DNA from: Patescibacteria group bacterium
Lineage (GTDB): Bacteria > Patescibacteriota > Minisyncoccia > Phycocordibacterales > UBA1006
Length of the DNA stretch: 64,000 nt
Reading direction: 5' to 3'
NCBI GenBank assembly: GCA_028286885.1
Contig: JAQBQS010000003.1
Coordinates: 44,607-108,606 of the forward strand
The notes beneath the pieces were generated by a model. The model was not told the origin of the DNA, ran no database searches, and was given only the letters and a program-made list of their open reading frames with translations. The translations under genes were made by a program, and so were the position numbers. How positions within the stretch are numbered: the stretch's first letter is position 1; the number at the start of each line of letters is the position of its first letter. Positions 47,880 to 56,811 of the stretch are shown piece after piece.

Positions 47880-48425
47880 TTACTTAACGTAAACAGAACC
47901 TTCCTCGCACAGTTCGCACATGTATGAAATTCTGGATTTCTTGCCGGTCTTGTTTTTGTCGGGCGCGTAGACGGCGCATGCCTTGTCGCAGCGGAATCGC
48001 AGATATTGGTCGAGTGTTTTACCGGACTCTGTGCCGAGCATTGATTGGTAGTGCGATAGGTCTATTTCAAAATCAACAGGAACCATATTTTTGGCGACGA
48101 TGGAATATTTGCTTCCGACAAGGAGAACTTCTTCTGGAAGCAGAGACCATTCTTCGTCATTGATTGAATAATGCAAAAGTCTTTCAATGGGGGAATTAAA
48201 GTTAGAGGGTGTTTTGGTAAATAATACGGTAACTTTTTCGCCTTCGGACTTGGCGAGTTTTACAAATTCGGAAACGCGTCTCGGATGGCAGAATACGCCG
48301 CTGTAGCCGAGGAAAAACTTTCCGATCGCGGCCTGTTCCTTGGTTTTAATATCGATTATTTCCTCCAAGCTAAAACCGCAGAAAGGGCCGATTTTCATAA
48401 TGAGAATATACTTGGGCAAATTCAT
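47880..48425 (-). CDS. hypothetical protein with C-terminal Cys4 zinc-ribbon-like cluster
   Basis: RCDKAC...CELCEEG near the C-terminus. 181 aa. Confidence 0.45.
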   Translation of the reverse strand: MNLPKYILIMKIGPFCGFSLEEIIDIKTKEQAAIGKFFLGYSGVFCHPRRVSEFVKLAKSEGEKVTVLFTKTPSNFNSPIERLLHYSINDEEWSLLPEEVLLVGSKYSIVAKNMVPVDFEIDLSHYQSMLGTESGKTLDQYLRFRCDKACAVYAPDKNKTGKKSRISYMCELCEEGSVYVK

Positions 48426-48520
48426 GACTTCGGGAGCATATCATATTGTTCTTATGAAATACATTCTTGAGAAATCGCCGCATTAAAAAAGCGCTCAAGC
48501 GCTTTTTTAATGAAGGAATT

Positions 48521-49630
48521 TTATTTTGTTCGGAATGACATGGAATCTCCCAATGTCGTGCCGACGCTGTTTTGAGCGACAAGGCGGAAATAGTAGGTCG
48601 TGCGGCTGTTGAGCCCTGATACTGTTGATTGGATCGAATCGGAGCTCGTGCCTGACCCTGCGGACTGCTGTGCCGAATTGGTCACGCCTGTTGCGAACGA
48701 CGGATCGATCGTGTATTCGAACCAGTAGCTCGTGCCTGCGCCGTCAGGATTGACGGTACCTCGAAGCGTTGCGGCGGTTGCCGTAATTCCGGTCGCGCTT
48801 CGCGTAGTGACCGAAGGTGCAGTCGGAGCAGCAGGCCCGGAAGTCTTGAAATTCTGTATCGTTCCGCTCACGGTGCCAAACTGGTTTTGCGCGTCGATGC
48901 GGAAGTAATACGTTGTCAGGGGGTTCAGGTTGTAAACGGGGATGGATGCCGCAATGGCGCTGGTGCCGCTGCCCGCTGATACCAGCGAAGTTGTATTGTT
49001 AAGGCTTGTCGTCGTTCCATATTCGAACCAATAATTGGTCTGAACGCCGTTAGGAATAACGGAACCGTTCAAACTCGCTGAATTTCTTGCGATGTCGTTT
49101 GCGGCCCGCGTGCTAACGGCAGGAATCGTTCCGGCAGGCGCAGGAGTGCCCATGGTTGTCTGGAATGAGTACGTTGTGCCGTTCGTCCGGCCATACTGGT
49201 TTTCAGCGACAAGGCGAAAATAATATTTCGTGCTCTTGGCAAGTCCGGTGATGTATCCGGGCGCCGAAGTCGTTGCATATCCGGAGCCTACGCTTTGGTT
49301 AGGCGTCTTGCTTCCCAGATTTGAAGAGGTTCCATATTCGAACCAGTAGCTGGTAAACGCTCCGTTAGGACTGATCGTTCCCGCAACGATTGCGGCCGTG
49401 TCGCTCGGAGTTGAGCTCGATCCGGTTATGACGGAAGGCGCGCTCGGCTGTGCAGATGGTTTGGAAGGAGTGCTTCCGTTTGTTCCCGTGTCCGTACTCG
49501 CCGGCGTCCCTAGAGGAGTCACGATGACATTGGTGGGTGCCGGATTTCCCGTCTTAACGATTGCCAATACAATTGCCGCGATGGCAACCAATCCGATAAT
49601 TCCCACGACGATTGCTGTGTTTCTGTTCAT
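48521..49630 (-). CDS. membrane-anchored protein with three tandem Fn3-like repeats
   Basis: N-terminal TM. Three ~90-aa repeats each contain YWFEYG...S...Y(Y)FR(L/I)VAQN..G, separated by S/T/P-rich linkers. Confidence 0.55.
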   Translation of the reverse strand: MNRNTAIVVGIIGLVAIAAIVLAIVKTGNPAPTNVIVTPLGTPASTDTGTNGSTPSKPSAQPSAPSVITGSSSTPSDTAAIVAGTISPNGAFTSYWFEYGTSSNLGSKTPNQSVGSGYATTSAPGYITGLAKSTKYYFRLVAENQYGRTNGTTYSFQTTMGTPAPAGTIPAVSTRAANDIARNSASLNGSVIPNGVQTNYWFEYGTTTSLNNTTSLVSAGSGTSAIAASIPVYNLNPLTTYYFRIDAQNQFGTVSGTIQNFKTSGPAAPTAPSVTTRSATGITATAATLRGTVNPDGAGTSYWFEYTIDPSFATGVTNSAQQSAGSGTSSDSIQSTVSGLNSRTTYYFRLVAQNSVGTTLGDSMSFRTK

Positions 49631-49773
49631 ACGCTTCTTTCATGGTGATTATGACTAATCGTGCAGCGACCTCAACTGGGGTGGATGCACATAACCAGTA
49701 TACTCCTTATATTTTTACAAATGGGGTAAGCAGAGATTTGATCTTGTCGGGCCGGTGTTCTATACTTCAATTT

Positions 49774-50274
49774 ATGATCCAGAAATCAAAACCAGCCTAT
49801 TTTTTCAAGACCATAAAGTCGCCTGTAGGAATATTGAAATTGATTGCAAGCGATAAAGCACTTGTGGGAATTTTGTGGGAAAACGACAATCCCAACCGCA
49901 TTCAGATCCGCGAATATGCCAAGAATGCAAACCACCCAGTCTTGCTGAAAGCGGAAAAGGAGCTCGGCGAATATTTTGCCGGCAAGCGCAAGAAGTTTTC
50001 GGTGAAGATGGATTTTGCGGGAACTGAATTTCAGAAATCGGTATGGGCGACGCTTTTGACGATTCCGTTTGGCGAAACGCGCAGCTATGCCGACATCGCC
50101 AAGCAGATCAAGAATCCCAAAGCCGTCAGAGCGGCAGGTTCCGCCATCGGCAAGAATCCGATTTCGATCATCGCGCCATGCCATCGCGTGGTTGCAACGT
50201 CGGGCAAGCTTGCGGGATTTGCGGGCGGACTTGCGAACAAGAAGAAGCTTTTGGATTTGGAGTGCAAAAAATAA
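49774..50274 (+). CDS. ogt: methylated-DNA--protein-cysteine methyltransferase
   Basis: Active-site PCHRV motif (IAPCHRVVATSGKLAGF) and a helix-turn-helix segment (SYADIAKQIKNPKAVRAAGSAIGKNP). ATG at 49774 preceded by TATACT. Confidence 0.8.
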   Translation: MIQKSKPAYFFKTIKSPVGILKLIASDKALVGILWENDNPNRIQIREYAKNANHPVLLKAEKELGEYFAGKRKKFSVKMDFAGTEFQKSVWATLLTIPFGETRSYADIAKQIKNPKAVRAAGSAIGKNPISIIAPCHRVVATSGKLAGFAGGLANKKKLLDLECKK

Positions 50275-50300
50275 AATCTTTTTTAAATAAAAAAAGCGCT

Positions 50301-50771
50301 CTAAGTTGAGCGCTTTTTGCGGTATTTAGAAAATGCGACCAGCATTCCTATTACAAAGTAAGCGATAACTACGATGCAGCTGCCGAAGAAGAAACCTTTC
50401 ATAAAATGAAAATCTTTCGAAATGAATGCAAAAACATATAACCATATTATTCCTGCTCCGAAAGCGTGAAGAAAAATACCGGTGTAGAGAAATGTTATCA
50501 TCGTTGCGAAGACGGGTCTCTTGTTTCCTCCGAGGAGTCGATAAAGAGGTTTGGTCGTTTCTTCCGTGACAACGGGATTCCAGCTTGACCAGAACATTTC
50601 AATTGCAGCGAGAATCTTTTTCTGTTTCATTAATTTCCAAACTCTCTTGTATCCTTTTGATCGGAACAAAGATTCTGAAAAAGAATGTTCAGGCCCCATC
50701 CATCGGTTCTTAAAATAAAACAGCGGAGGAAAGAGGGCCTGGGCGAGGGTGTAAGCGATGAGTCTAAGCAT
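50301..50771 (-). CDS. hypothetical polytopic membrane protein
   Basis: 156 aa with 3-4 TM helices. Confidence 0.45.
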   Translation of the reverse strand: MLRLIAYTLAQALFPPLFYFKNRWMGPEHSFSESLFRSKGYKRVWKLMKQKKILAAIEMFWSSWNPVVTEETTKPLYRLLGGNKRPVFATMITFLYTGIFLHAFGAGIIWLYVFAFISKDFHFMKGFFFGSCIVVIAYFVIGMLVAFSKYRKKRST

Positions 50772-50955
50772 TTTTATTTTTTTCTTGAAGAAATAGTTTT
50801 TTGTCCAATTGGCAGTAACGCTATTATTTAGTATAAATTAGCATATAAAACATCTTTTGTCAAAAAATGCTTGGTAAAGTAAAAAATGGATAATTTATTT
50901 TGAATTTATTGGATCATTTCCTCGGAAGCGAAATTCGTGATAAGGTTTCAATAGT

Positions 50956-52428
50956 ATGGAAAGCGTAATAATTTCGGGACAATCGAAAAAATCCGGCAAA
51001 AGCGAGTTTGAAAAAACGAAGCTTTACGAGTCGGAAAAGGAAATACCGGGCTCAGTAAAAGGTTCGCATCTTGAAAAGATGGAAGAATATAGATTGAAAG
51101 TCAGGTCATATGACTCATCCAATCCGGACGAGTATATCCGTTTTTCTCTCGGAGAGGGGGCAGGCAAGGATTATATCAGCGCCACGCTTGTAAATTATTA
51201 CGATAGCAAGAAAACGCTAGCCCACCTAGGAATGAAAGGAGGCTATCCGGAGTACGTTATTTCCGGAGTTGATGAAAATGCGAAACGTTCCGATTCTTAC
51301 AGAAACTGTACTTGCGTTATAGCGGCCGGAGAGGATGTTCGAACTGGCAAGCAGATATCCTTCATGACGCATCAGAATCCAAGCTTTGCTTTTTCGACCG
51401 CAAGCGAGGATTTTAAGCGTGATCTTGGCGATACGATCAGAGAGTTTTTATCAAGGATCAAAGAAGGAACGGAGGACGTTGTCATTTTGGGCGGAAATTA
51501 TTATGAAAGCGTAAACAATGAGAACAAAAACGTTGAGCGAGTTTTTACGAACGCCGAGCAATATGCCGAATCGCTTCCAAGGCTTGCCGAGCTTATAACC
51601 TCGGAGTTCCGTCGTTCGGGGGTGGAGATACCGCCGGTGGTTCTTGTCGGACCGGATCTTTCAGATCCCTCTTCAAAATTTAAAGAAATGGACGTCGTGA
51701 TTGACACCCAAGCCCGCCTTGTTGTTACCGCGCGCAGCAAGCAATTTTATCAAATATCCGACGAGGTGCACGATTCTTCCGATACTCCGGCGGTTCTCGG
51801 CATCTTGGAAGAAAACAAAATTCGCGTCGGCAAGCCTTTCCGAAAGCATCGCTCGGACGAGCTTCTTGAGCTTGCGAATGAAAAAGCGTCGCGTCACGTG
51901 AAAGGCGAAGAAAAGGATTTTGTTCCTCGAACGGAAAGAGAAACGTACGAACTTTTAAAATCGCTGAAACTCCCGGTGTTTGAAAAGTTCGAGAGGGGAA
52001 ACGAGGCCGATGTCGGCGAGATAAACATCGGCTCCAAAAGCGAGCATGACAATATGGATCTTATTTACGGAGACGTAGCGTCCGAACTTTTGAAAAAGAA
52101 GATTGTCGACATATCCAACATTCAGGAATTTTTAGACAGCGCGATAGCGGATATGGTTCTCATGTCCGAGCAGTCAATGGAAATTTTAAGCCCGCAAAAC
52201 TCGTTTCTTTATTATTACGGCAAAACCACGGGTGATATCTCGTACCTGATAGGGGGAATCGGAGGATATATGCATATCGAAAAAAATACTGAAAACAGGG
52301 AAGATGCGCTGGTTCGAAATGTCGCGAATTTCATGAAGAGTTTTCATACGTTTATCGATTCCTTTGCAAAGCCGGAACATATTTCCAAGTACATGGAAAT
52401 TTTCCAAGTACATGGAAATGCTCAGTAG
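50956..52428 (+). CDS. hypothetical protein (490 aa); 3' end disrupted by a 19-bp tandem duplication
   Basis: No family recognised. A 19-bp direct repeat at 52384..52421 shifts the frame and creates the present stop. Confidence 0.5.
   Translation: MESVIISGQSKKSGKSEFEKTKLYESEKEIPGSVKGSHLEKMEEYRLKVRSYDSSNPDEYIRFSLGEGAGKDYISATLVNYYDSKKTLAHLGMKGGYPEYVISGVDENAKRSDSYRNCTCVIAAGEDVRTGKQISFMTHQNPSFAFSTASEDFKRDLGDTIREFLSRIKEGTEDVVILGGNYYESVNNENKNVERVFTNAEQYAESLPRLAELITSEFRRSGVEIPPVVLVGPDLSDPSSKFKEMDVVIDTQARLVVTARSKQFYQISDEVHDSSDTPAVLGILEENKIRVGKPFRKHRSDELLELANEKASRHVKGEEKDFVPRTERETYELLKSLKLPVFEKFERGNEADVGEINIGSKSEHDNMDLIYGDVASELLKKKIVDISNIQEFLDSAIADMVLMSEQSMEILSPQNSFLYYYGKTTGDISYLIGGIGGYMHIEKNTENREDALVRNVANFMKSFHTFIDSFAKPEHISKYMEIFQVHGNAQ
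52384..52421. repeat. perfect-ish 19-bp tandem duplication (ttccaagtacatggaaatt / ttccaagtacatggaaatg)
   Basis: Seen directly. Removing one unit extends the ORF 34 codons, to a TAA at 52514..52516. Confidence 0.8.
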
Positions 52429-52525
52429 TAAGCATCAAGGATGCATTGAGAGAAAATCTCGATCCGAAAAGATATCGTTCGCTCATCGAGACATTTTAAA
52501 AGAGAGATTGTCATAATAAATTCAC

Positions 52526-53077
52526 ATGGAATCAAACCTACCAACAAAAGAACAAGCGAAAGAATTGCTTTACAAGCACGTCACGGACGAGTATCAGCGC
52601 CTTCACGCCCTCATGGTCGGCACCGCACTTGAAGGGTACGCGCGCTTGTTCGGCGAGGATGAACATTTGTGGTTTATAACCGGGTATTTGCACGATCTCG
52701 ATTTCCAAGAATACCCGACGATCCATCCCGGCGAATCGATGAAATGGTTTGCCGAGTGGCAGTATCCGCAGGAATTAATTCATGCCGTCCATGCGCATGC
52801 GCTCGGATACAACGGATATACGCAAGAACCCGAGACGAAACTCGCCTCGGCTCTGATTGCGTGCGACGAAATCTGCGGAATCTTTTACGCGTATCGGAAA
52901 TTGAATCCGGTTCCCTACAATCAGATCAAGCAGAGCTCGATCTTGAAAAGACTGAAAGAAAAAGCGTTTGCTCCGGGAATCAAGAGGGAAGACATTCAGT
53001 ACGGATGCCAAAAATTAGGCGTGACGATAGAAGACCACGTCAAAAACCTGATTGATTTTTTGGGTGAGATCGCCTAG
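52526..53077 (+). CDS. HD-domain metal-dependent phosphohydrolase
   Basis: H...HD signature (RLHALMVGTALEGY...ITGYLHDLDF) and downstream His residues (HAVHAHALGY). Confidence 0.7.
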   Translation: MESNLPTKEQAKELLYKHVTDEYQRLHALMVGTALEGYARLFGEDEHLWFITGYLHDLDFQEYPTIHPGESMKWFAEWQYPQELIHAVHAHALGYNGYTQEPETKLASALIACDEICGIFYAYRKLNPVPYNQIKQSSILKRLKEKAFAPGIKREDIQYGCQKLGVTIEDHVKNLIDFLGEIA

Positions 53078-53085
53078 AACGTAAT

Positions 53086-53754
53086 TTACTTTCTCACCTC
53101 ATTTGAAACGTTTGATTCGTGGACAATTTCTATCCACATGGGTTTCGATGATGGCAGCAAGACTACTTCTTCGCCCGATTCGAAAATTTTTGAATGATTG
53201 TATTGAAGAATGCATCCATCTTTAGGGGCGATCATTGATAGGAAGTGATTATTTTTTGCATTAAATTCGTGCGTAATATCCGTTCTTAGGTCCAATTGCT
53301 GGCCTTTTTCCAAGCTCACGATGCACCTACGGAGATTGTCTTCCGCATAGGTCTGAACTGCTTCCATGTACTGATTGTCGAACATATCATCGTTATCGAT
53401 TCTCGAAGTGATGAACCATTCGTTTTTATAACCACTGTCATCTATAAACTTCTCAAAACGAAAAGGCTCGTCGTCCCCGAAATACAGATCTATAAAATCA
53501 TACTGTTTTTTGAGTCCTTGTATTTTTTCCTTGAAAGCTGCCGGGGTTTCCTTGTGAAAAAGAATAATCCACTTGAAATTTTGAGATGTCTGGTTCTTAA
53601 TGGAAGGGAACGTATAAGTTTCAAACAAGCGGAATCTGTTTTCCAAGTAGGCCGAATCCAGAATCAAGTTCATCGGATTATTGTTCGGATCTCTTAACTT
53701 GGCATAGGTTGCCCTTATATTGAATCTTGTTATTAAAAAATGTTGGTAGCTCAT
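53086..53754 (-). CDS. putative glycosyltransferase (rhamnosyltransferase-like family)
   Basis: N-terminus HFLITRFNIRATY and a DxD-like SRIDNDD, resembling the putative rhamnosyl transferase family. Confidence 0.45.
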   Translation of the reverse strand: MSYQHFLITRFNIRATYAKLRDPNNNPMNLILDSAYLENRFRLFETYTFPSIKNQTSQNFKWIILFHKETPAAFKEKIQGLKKQYDFIDLYFGDDEPFRFEKFIDDSGYKNEWFITSRIDNDDMFDNQYMEAVQTYAEDNLRRCIVSLEKGQQLDLRTDITHEFNAKNNHFLSMIAPKDGCILQYNHSKIFESGEEVVLLPSSKPMWIEIVHESNVSNEVRK

Positions 53755-53800
53755 AAAGTTTTATTATGTTCAGTAATAGCAAAAACTACTTGCAATGGAA

Positions 53801-54346
53801 CTATTTTAGCTCCTCAGCCAGCCCCACAAGAATTCCCTCGGGACCTCGGATATAACAGAGCCGATACGAGTTCTCATATTGAACCACTTCGCCAACTATT
53901 TTTGCGCCGTGTTTTTCAAGTCGTTCAAGCGTCTCATCGATGTCGCTTACCGTGAACATTGCACGGAGATAACCCAATGCGTTCACAGGATCATTGCGGT
54001 GATCAGCGACTATGGCCGGAGCAATAAATCGCGAGAGTTCAATTCGGCTGTGGCCGTCGGGAGTGATCATCATTGCGATCTCAACTTCTTGGTTCCCGAG
54101 TCCTGTAACGCGACCGGCCCATTCTCCCTCGACCATAGCTCGCCCTTCAAGTTTGAGTCCAAGTTCGGTGAAAAAAGAAATAACCTCGTCGAGCGATTCC
54201 ACGACGATGCCGATGTTGTCCATTCGGAGGAGGGTGGATTTTTTAGAGATCATATTTGTGAACATACAGCCCCTAGAGTGGACCACCTTTGAAACAGAGA
54301 TTCTGCGCTGGAAAAGCACTGTCTCAGTATACGGGCGTTTATTCAA
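53801..54346 (-). CDS. VOC-family (glyoxalase/bleomycin-resistance fold) protein
   Basis: MDNIGIVVESLDEVISFFTELGLKLEGRAMVE..., and a second beta-alpha-beta-beta-beta module ending YIRGPEGILVGLAEEL. Confidence 0.7.
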   Translation of the reverse strand: MNKRPYTETVLFQRRISVSKVVHSRGCMFTNMISKKSTLLRMDNIGIVVESLDEVISFFTELGLKLEGRAMVEGEWAGRVTGLGNQEVEIAMMITPDGHSRIELSRFIAPAIVADHRNDPVNALGYLRAMFTVSDIDETLERLEKHGAKIVGEVVQYENSYRLCYIRGPEGILVGLAEELK

Positions 54347-54423
54347 GGAATCTGAGGAGCTTAATTTAAGCGTTAGTTTTTAATCAAAGTATCTGAGAAT
54401 TATTACCTTAAGGGTAATAGAAC

Positions 54424-56487
54424 TTACAAAGATAGAACATTTGTAAAAATGTCATCGAGGTCGGCTTTGTGGTCTGTGTGCATTGTAGAAAGGTTGTCAT
54501 TGCTACAGTAATCTACAACCTCTTGCAGTCCCTTACTAGGAAATTGTAGATAGGTTTCAATTGCTCCGTATGAGAGGACAAAAACCCTTATTGCTCTTAA
54601 GTTAATTATTTTTTCTTTGATTTTTAAAATCACTGCAGGATTTAAAGTAAGGACAGAGATTATTTTTGAGAAAGGTATTCGCTTTTTATATAGGAAATAC
54701 CAAATATCTTTTATTTGATTTATTTCATCCTGGCTTATAGCAGATACATCCTTATCTTTTATTTCCTGCATTGCATTGAATAAATCAGCTGTAATCTTAG
54801 TTCCTGATTGTGAGAGGGTGCTTTTGACGCGCGTTATTGTGTCGGCATCTAATCCTGACAATAAAATCTCCTCTTTGGCAGTCTCTATCCCTAAGTCAGA
54901 AAATTGCTCAAGAAAGTCAAAATCAGTTATAAATGCTGACTTTATTTTTAACTTATCTAGAAAATCAAACCATTTCTTATATTCATGCTTACCGTTTATG
55001 GAAAGAAATTCAAAATCTTCATCTGATTTACCTGCTTTATTTAGAAAATATGAATAAAAATAGTTATCAGTTTCGCCTTCAACCAAAATAACCTTATTTG
55101 TGAAGAAAATCTTTGCTGAATTTGTATAATTTAAAAATTTTATCAAATCTTCTTCAGAAGAAGTGACCACATTTCCTTGAACAATGTTTGTTGCAGAATT
55201 TTCAACATAAAACCGATAGGTGTTTTTTATTGTTTTCTCATCGATGAAAACAGGGGAATGTGTTATCAGAATTGACTGCAGGCCATAATCATTAGAAAAG
55301 CGCTTTAATAGATTGAAATATTTTTTCTGCAATTTTGGATGTAAGTGTATCTCAGGTTCATCTATAACAAGGAGTCCATTTTTTATCTCTAATCCCATTA
55401 CAAGGAAAATAAGCGAAAATATACTTTTTTGGCCACTGCTAAGTTGATTGAAATCCATAACTCGACCATTTTTAGTTGTGTATATTTCTATAACTATTGC
55501 CTTAATACTTGGCGGGGGTATTTCTCTATATCTAACTTTAAGTCCTAGATATTCATCAAGCATGTTGTTTATGTCATGCAATAAAGAGCCTGTGGCTGTA
55601 AATTGTTTGGTTATAGAATCAGGTACGCTTAAAGAGCCGTAGCTATCTTTTGCGATTTTATTTCCGACCTTAGTAAAGGGAATGTTAAAAATATGCCCTG
55701 AATCAGAACTATTTTTTATATTGACACCTTTTTGCCCATCCTCTAGATTGCCAACTTGATTCTCTTGTCCGGTATTGAAATTAATCTGTGGAGGAAAACT
55801 ACTTATGAATCTTTGAGCTCCTAAGAATTCAAACGATATTACTAGCTCGTCCCAGTTTTTTGATTCTCGCTCCGTACCGATAATGATAAGTTTCTTGAAC
55901 AAGTCGAAGTTTTTCAGATAAAAATTGACAATTTTTTGCTCATCTGTACCATCGGGTTCAAGAGAAAAGACTAACCTTGGTTGGCCATTATCAAGTTTAA
56001 ATTTGAAACTAACATTCGAGATTGTCGAAATATTTGTGGTTTCAATTGGGAACGCAGAAACATTAAGCAGCCCTTGTGCGTATTTCCTTGAGATTTCATT
56101 TATTATTGCAAAATTTGCCTTAATAAATTCTAGGTTTTTTCTATCAGATTCATTCAATTCAATTTTTAATTCAAGGTAAGAATTTTTAGTACTTGAAAGG
56201 TTGTGCTTATCAAGCCTCAAGCCATTACGAGTATTCTCCTTTTTCTTCAAATACCGAGGATTTTTGGAGCGGTCTGTGTCGTATGCGGGCTCATAATCAT
56301 ATGGCTCAACAAAGTAAATTTGGAAAAGCGTAAATAAGATTTCAACAAAATTGCTTTTCCCCGAACCGTTTGCGCCAACAATAATATTTAAAGCGTCACC
56401 GAATATAATATCTGAGGGAGAGGTATTAAAATCAGCTTTTTCTGCAAAACTTAATATATTTGAAATTTTGACCTCTTTGATTTTCAT
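54424..56487 (-). CDS. OLD-family ATP-dependent endonuclease (ABC-type ATPase + TOPRIM)
   Basis: Walker A GANGSGKSN. Walker B/D-loop LLVIDEPEIHLHPKLQ. C-terminal TOPRIM KVILVEGETDNYFY. The gene is ~30% GC, far below the genome background. Confidence 0.75.
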   Translation of the reverse strand: MKIKEVKISNILSFAEKADFNTSPSDIIFGDALNIIVGANGSGKSNFVEILFTLFQIYFVEPYDYEPAYDTDRSKNPRYLKKKENTRNGLRLDKHNLSSTKNSYLELKIELNESDRKNLEFIKANFAIINEISRKYAQGLLNVSAFPIETTNISTISNVSFKFKLDNGQPRLVFSLEPDGTDEQKIVNFYLKNFDLFKKLIIIGTERESKNWDELVISFEFLGAQRFISSFPPQINFNTGQENQVGNLEDGQKGVNIKNSSDSGHIFNIPFTKVGNKIAKDSYGSLSVPDSITKQFTATGSLLHDINNMLDEYLGLKVRYREIPPPSIKAIVIEIYTTKNGRVMDFNQLSSGQKSIFSLIFLVMGLEIKNGLLVIDEPEIHLHPKLQKKYFNLLKRFSNDYGLQSILITHSPVFIDEKTIKNTYRFYVENSATNIVQGNVVTSSEEDLIKFLNYTNSAKIFFTNKVILVEGETDNYFYSYFLNKAGKSDEDFEFLSINGKHEYKKWFDFLDKLKIKSAFITDFDFLEQFSDLGIETAKEEILLSGLDADTITRVKSTLSQSGTKITADLFNAMQEIKDKDVSAISQDEINQIKDIWYFLYKKRIPFSKIISVLTLNPAVILKIKEKIINLRAIRVFVLSYGAIETYLQFPSKGLQEVVDYCSNDNLSTMHTDHKADLDDIFTNVLSL

Positions 56488-56628
56488 ATTATTATCTATT
56501 CTACAATGTTCTTACTTTATTTAATAGGCATTTAAAATACCCCTATTCGGAAATAGTGAGTGGAATACCAAAACAGACCTTAGTGTTTAAGCTTAATAAG
56601 GAGAATATAGATGAAAAATCTCTGTCTG

Positions 56629-56700
56629 TGACCTTACGGGGAATCGAACCCCGCTTCCAGGAATGAGAATCCTGTGTCCTAGCCGATAGACGATAAGGCC
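56629..56700 (-). tRNA. tRNA-Glu (anticodon CTC)
   Basis: Minus-strand sequence GGCCTTATCGTCTATCGGCTAGGACACAGGATTCTCATTCCTGGAAGCGGGGTTCGATTCCCCGTAAGGTCA folds as a cloverleaf: acceptor GGCCTTA/TAAGGTC, anticodon stem CAGGA/TCCTG, loop TTCTCAT, T-arm CGGGG-TTCGATT-CCCCG. Architecture parallels E. coli tRNA-Glu. CCA is not encoded. Confidence 0.75.
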
Positions 56701-56764
56701 GGCTGTCTTCTTGGCAAAGACTTGCCAAGCGGGAAATAGTATACCTATTTTGGGATTTTTTTCA

Positions 56765-56795
56765 AGTAAAAAAGCCGTCAATCATTTGACGGCTC
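56765..56795 (-). terminator. intrinsic terminator (minus strand)
   Basis: Minus strand reads agccgtcaaatgattgacggcttttttac, downstream of gene 56812..57465. Confidence 0.55.
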
Positions 56796-56811
56796 TGTTC
56801 TAATAGAGAAG

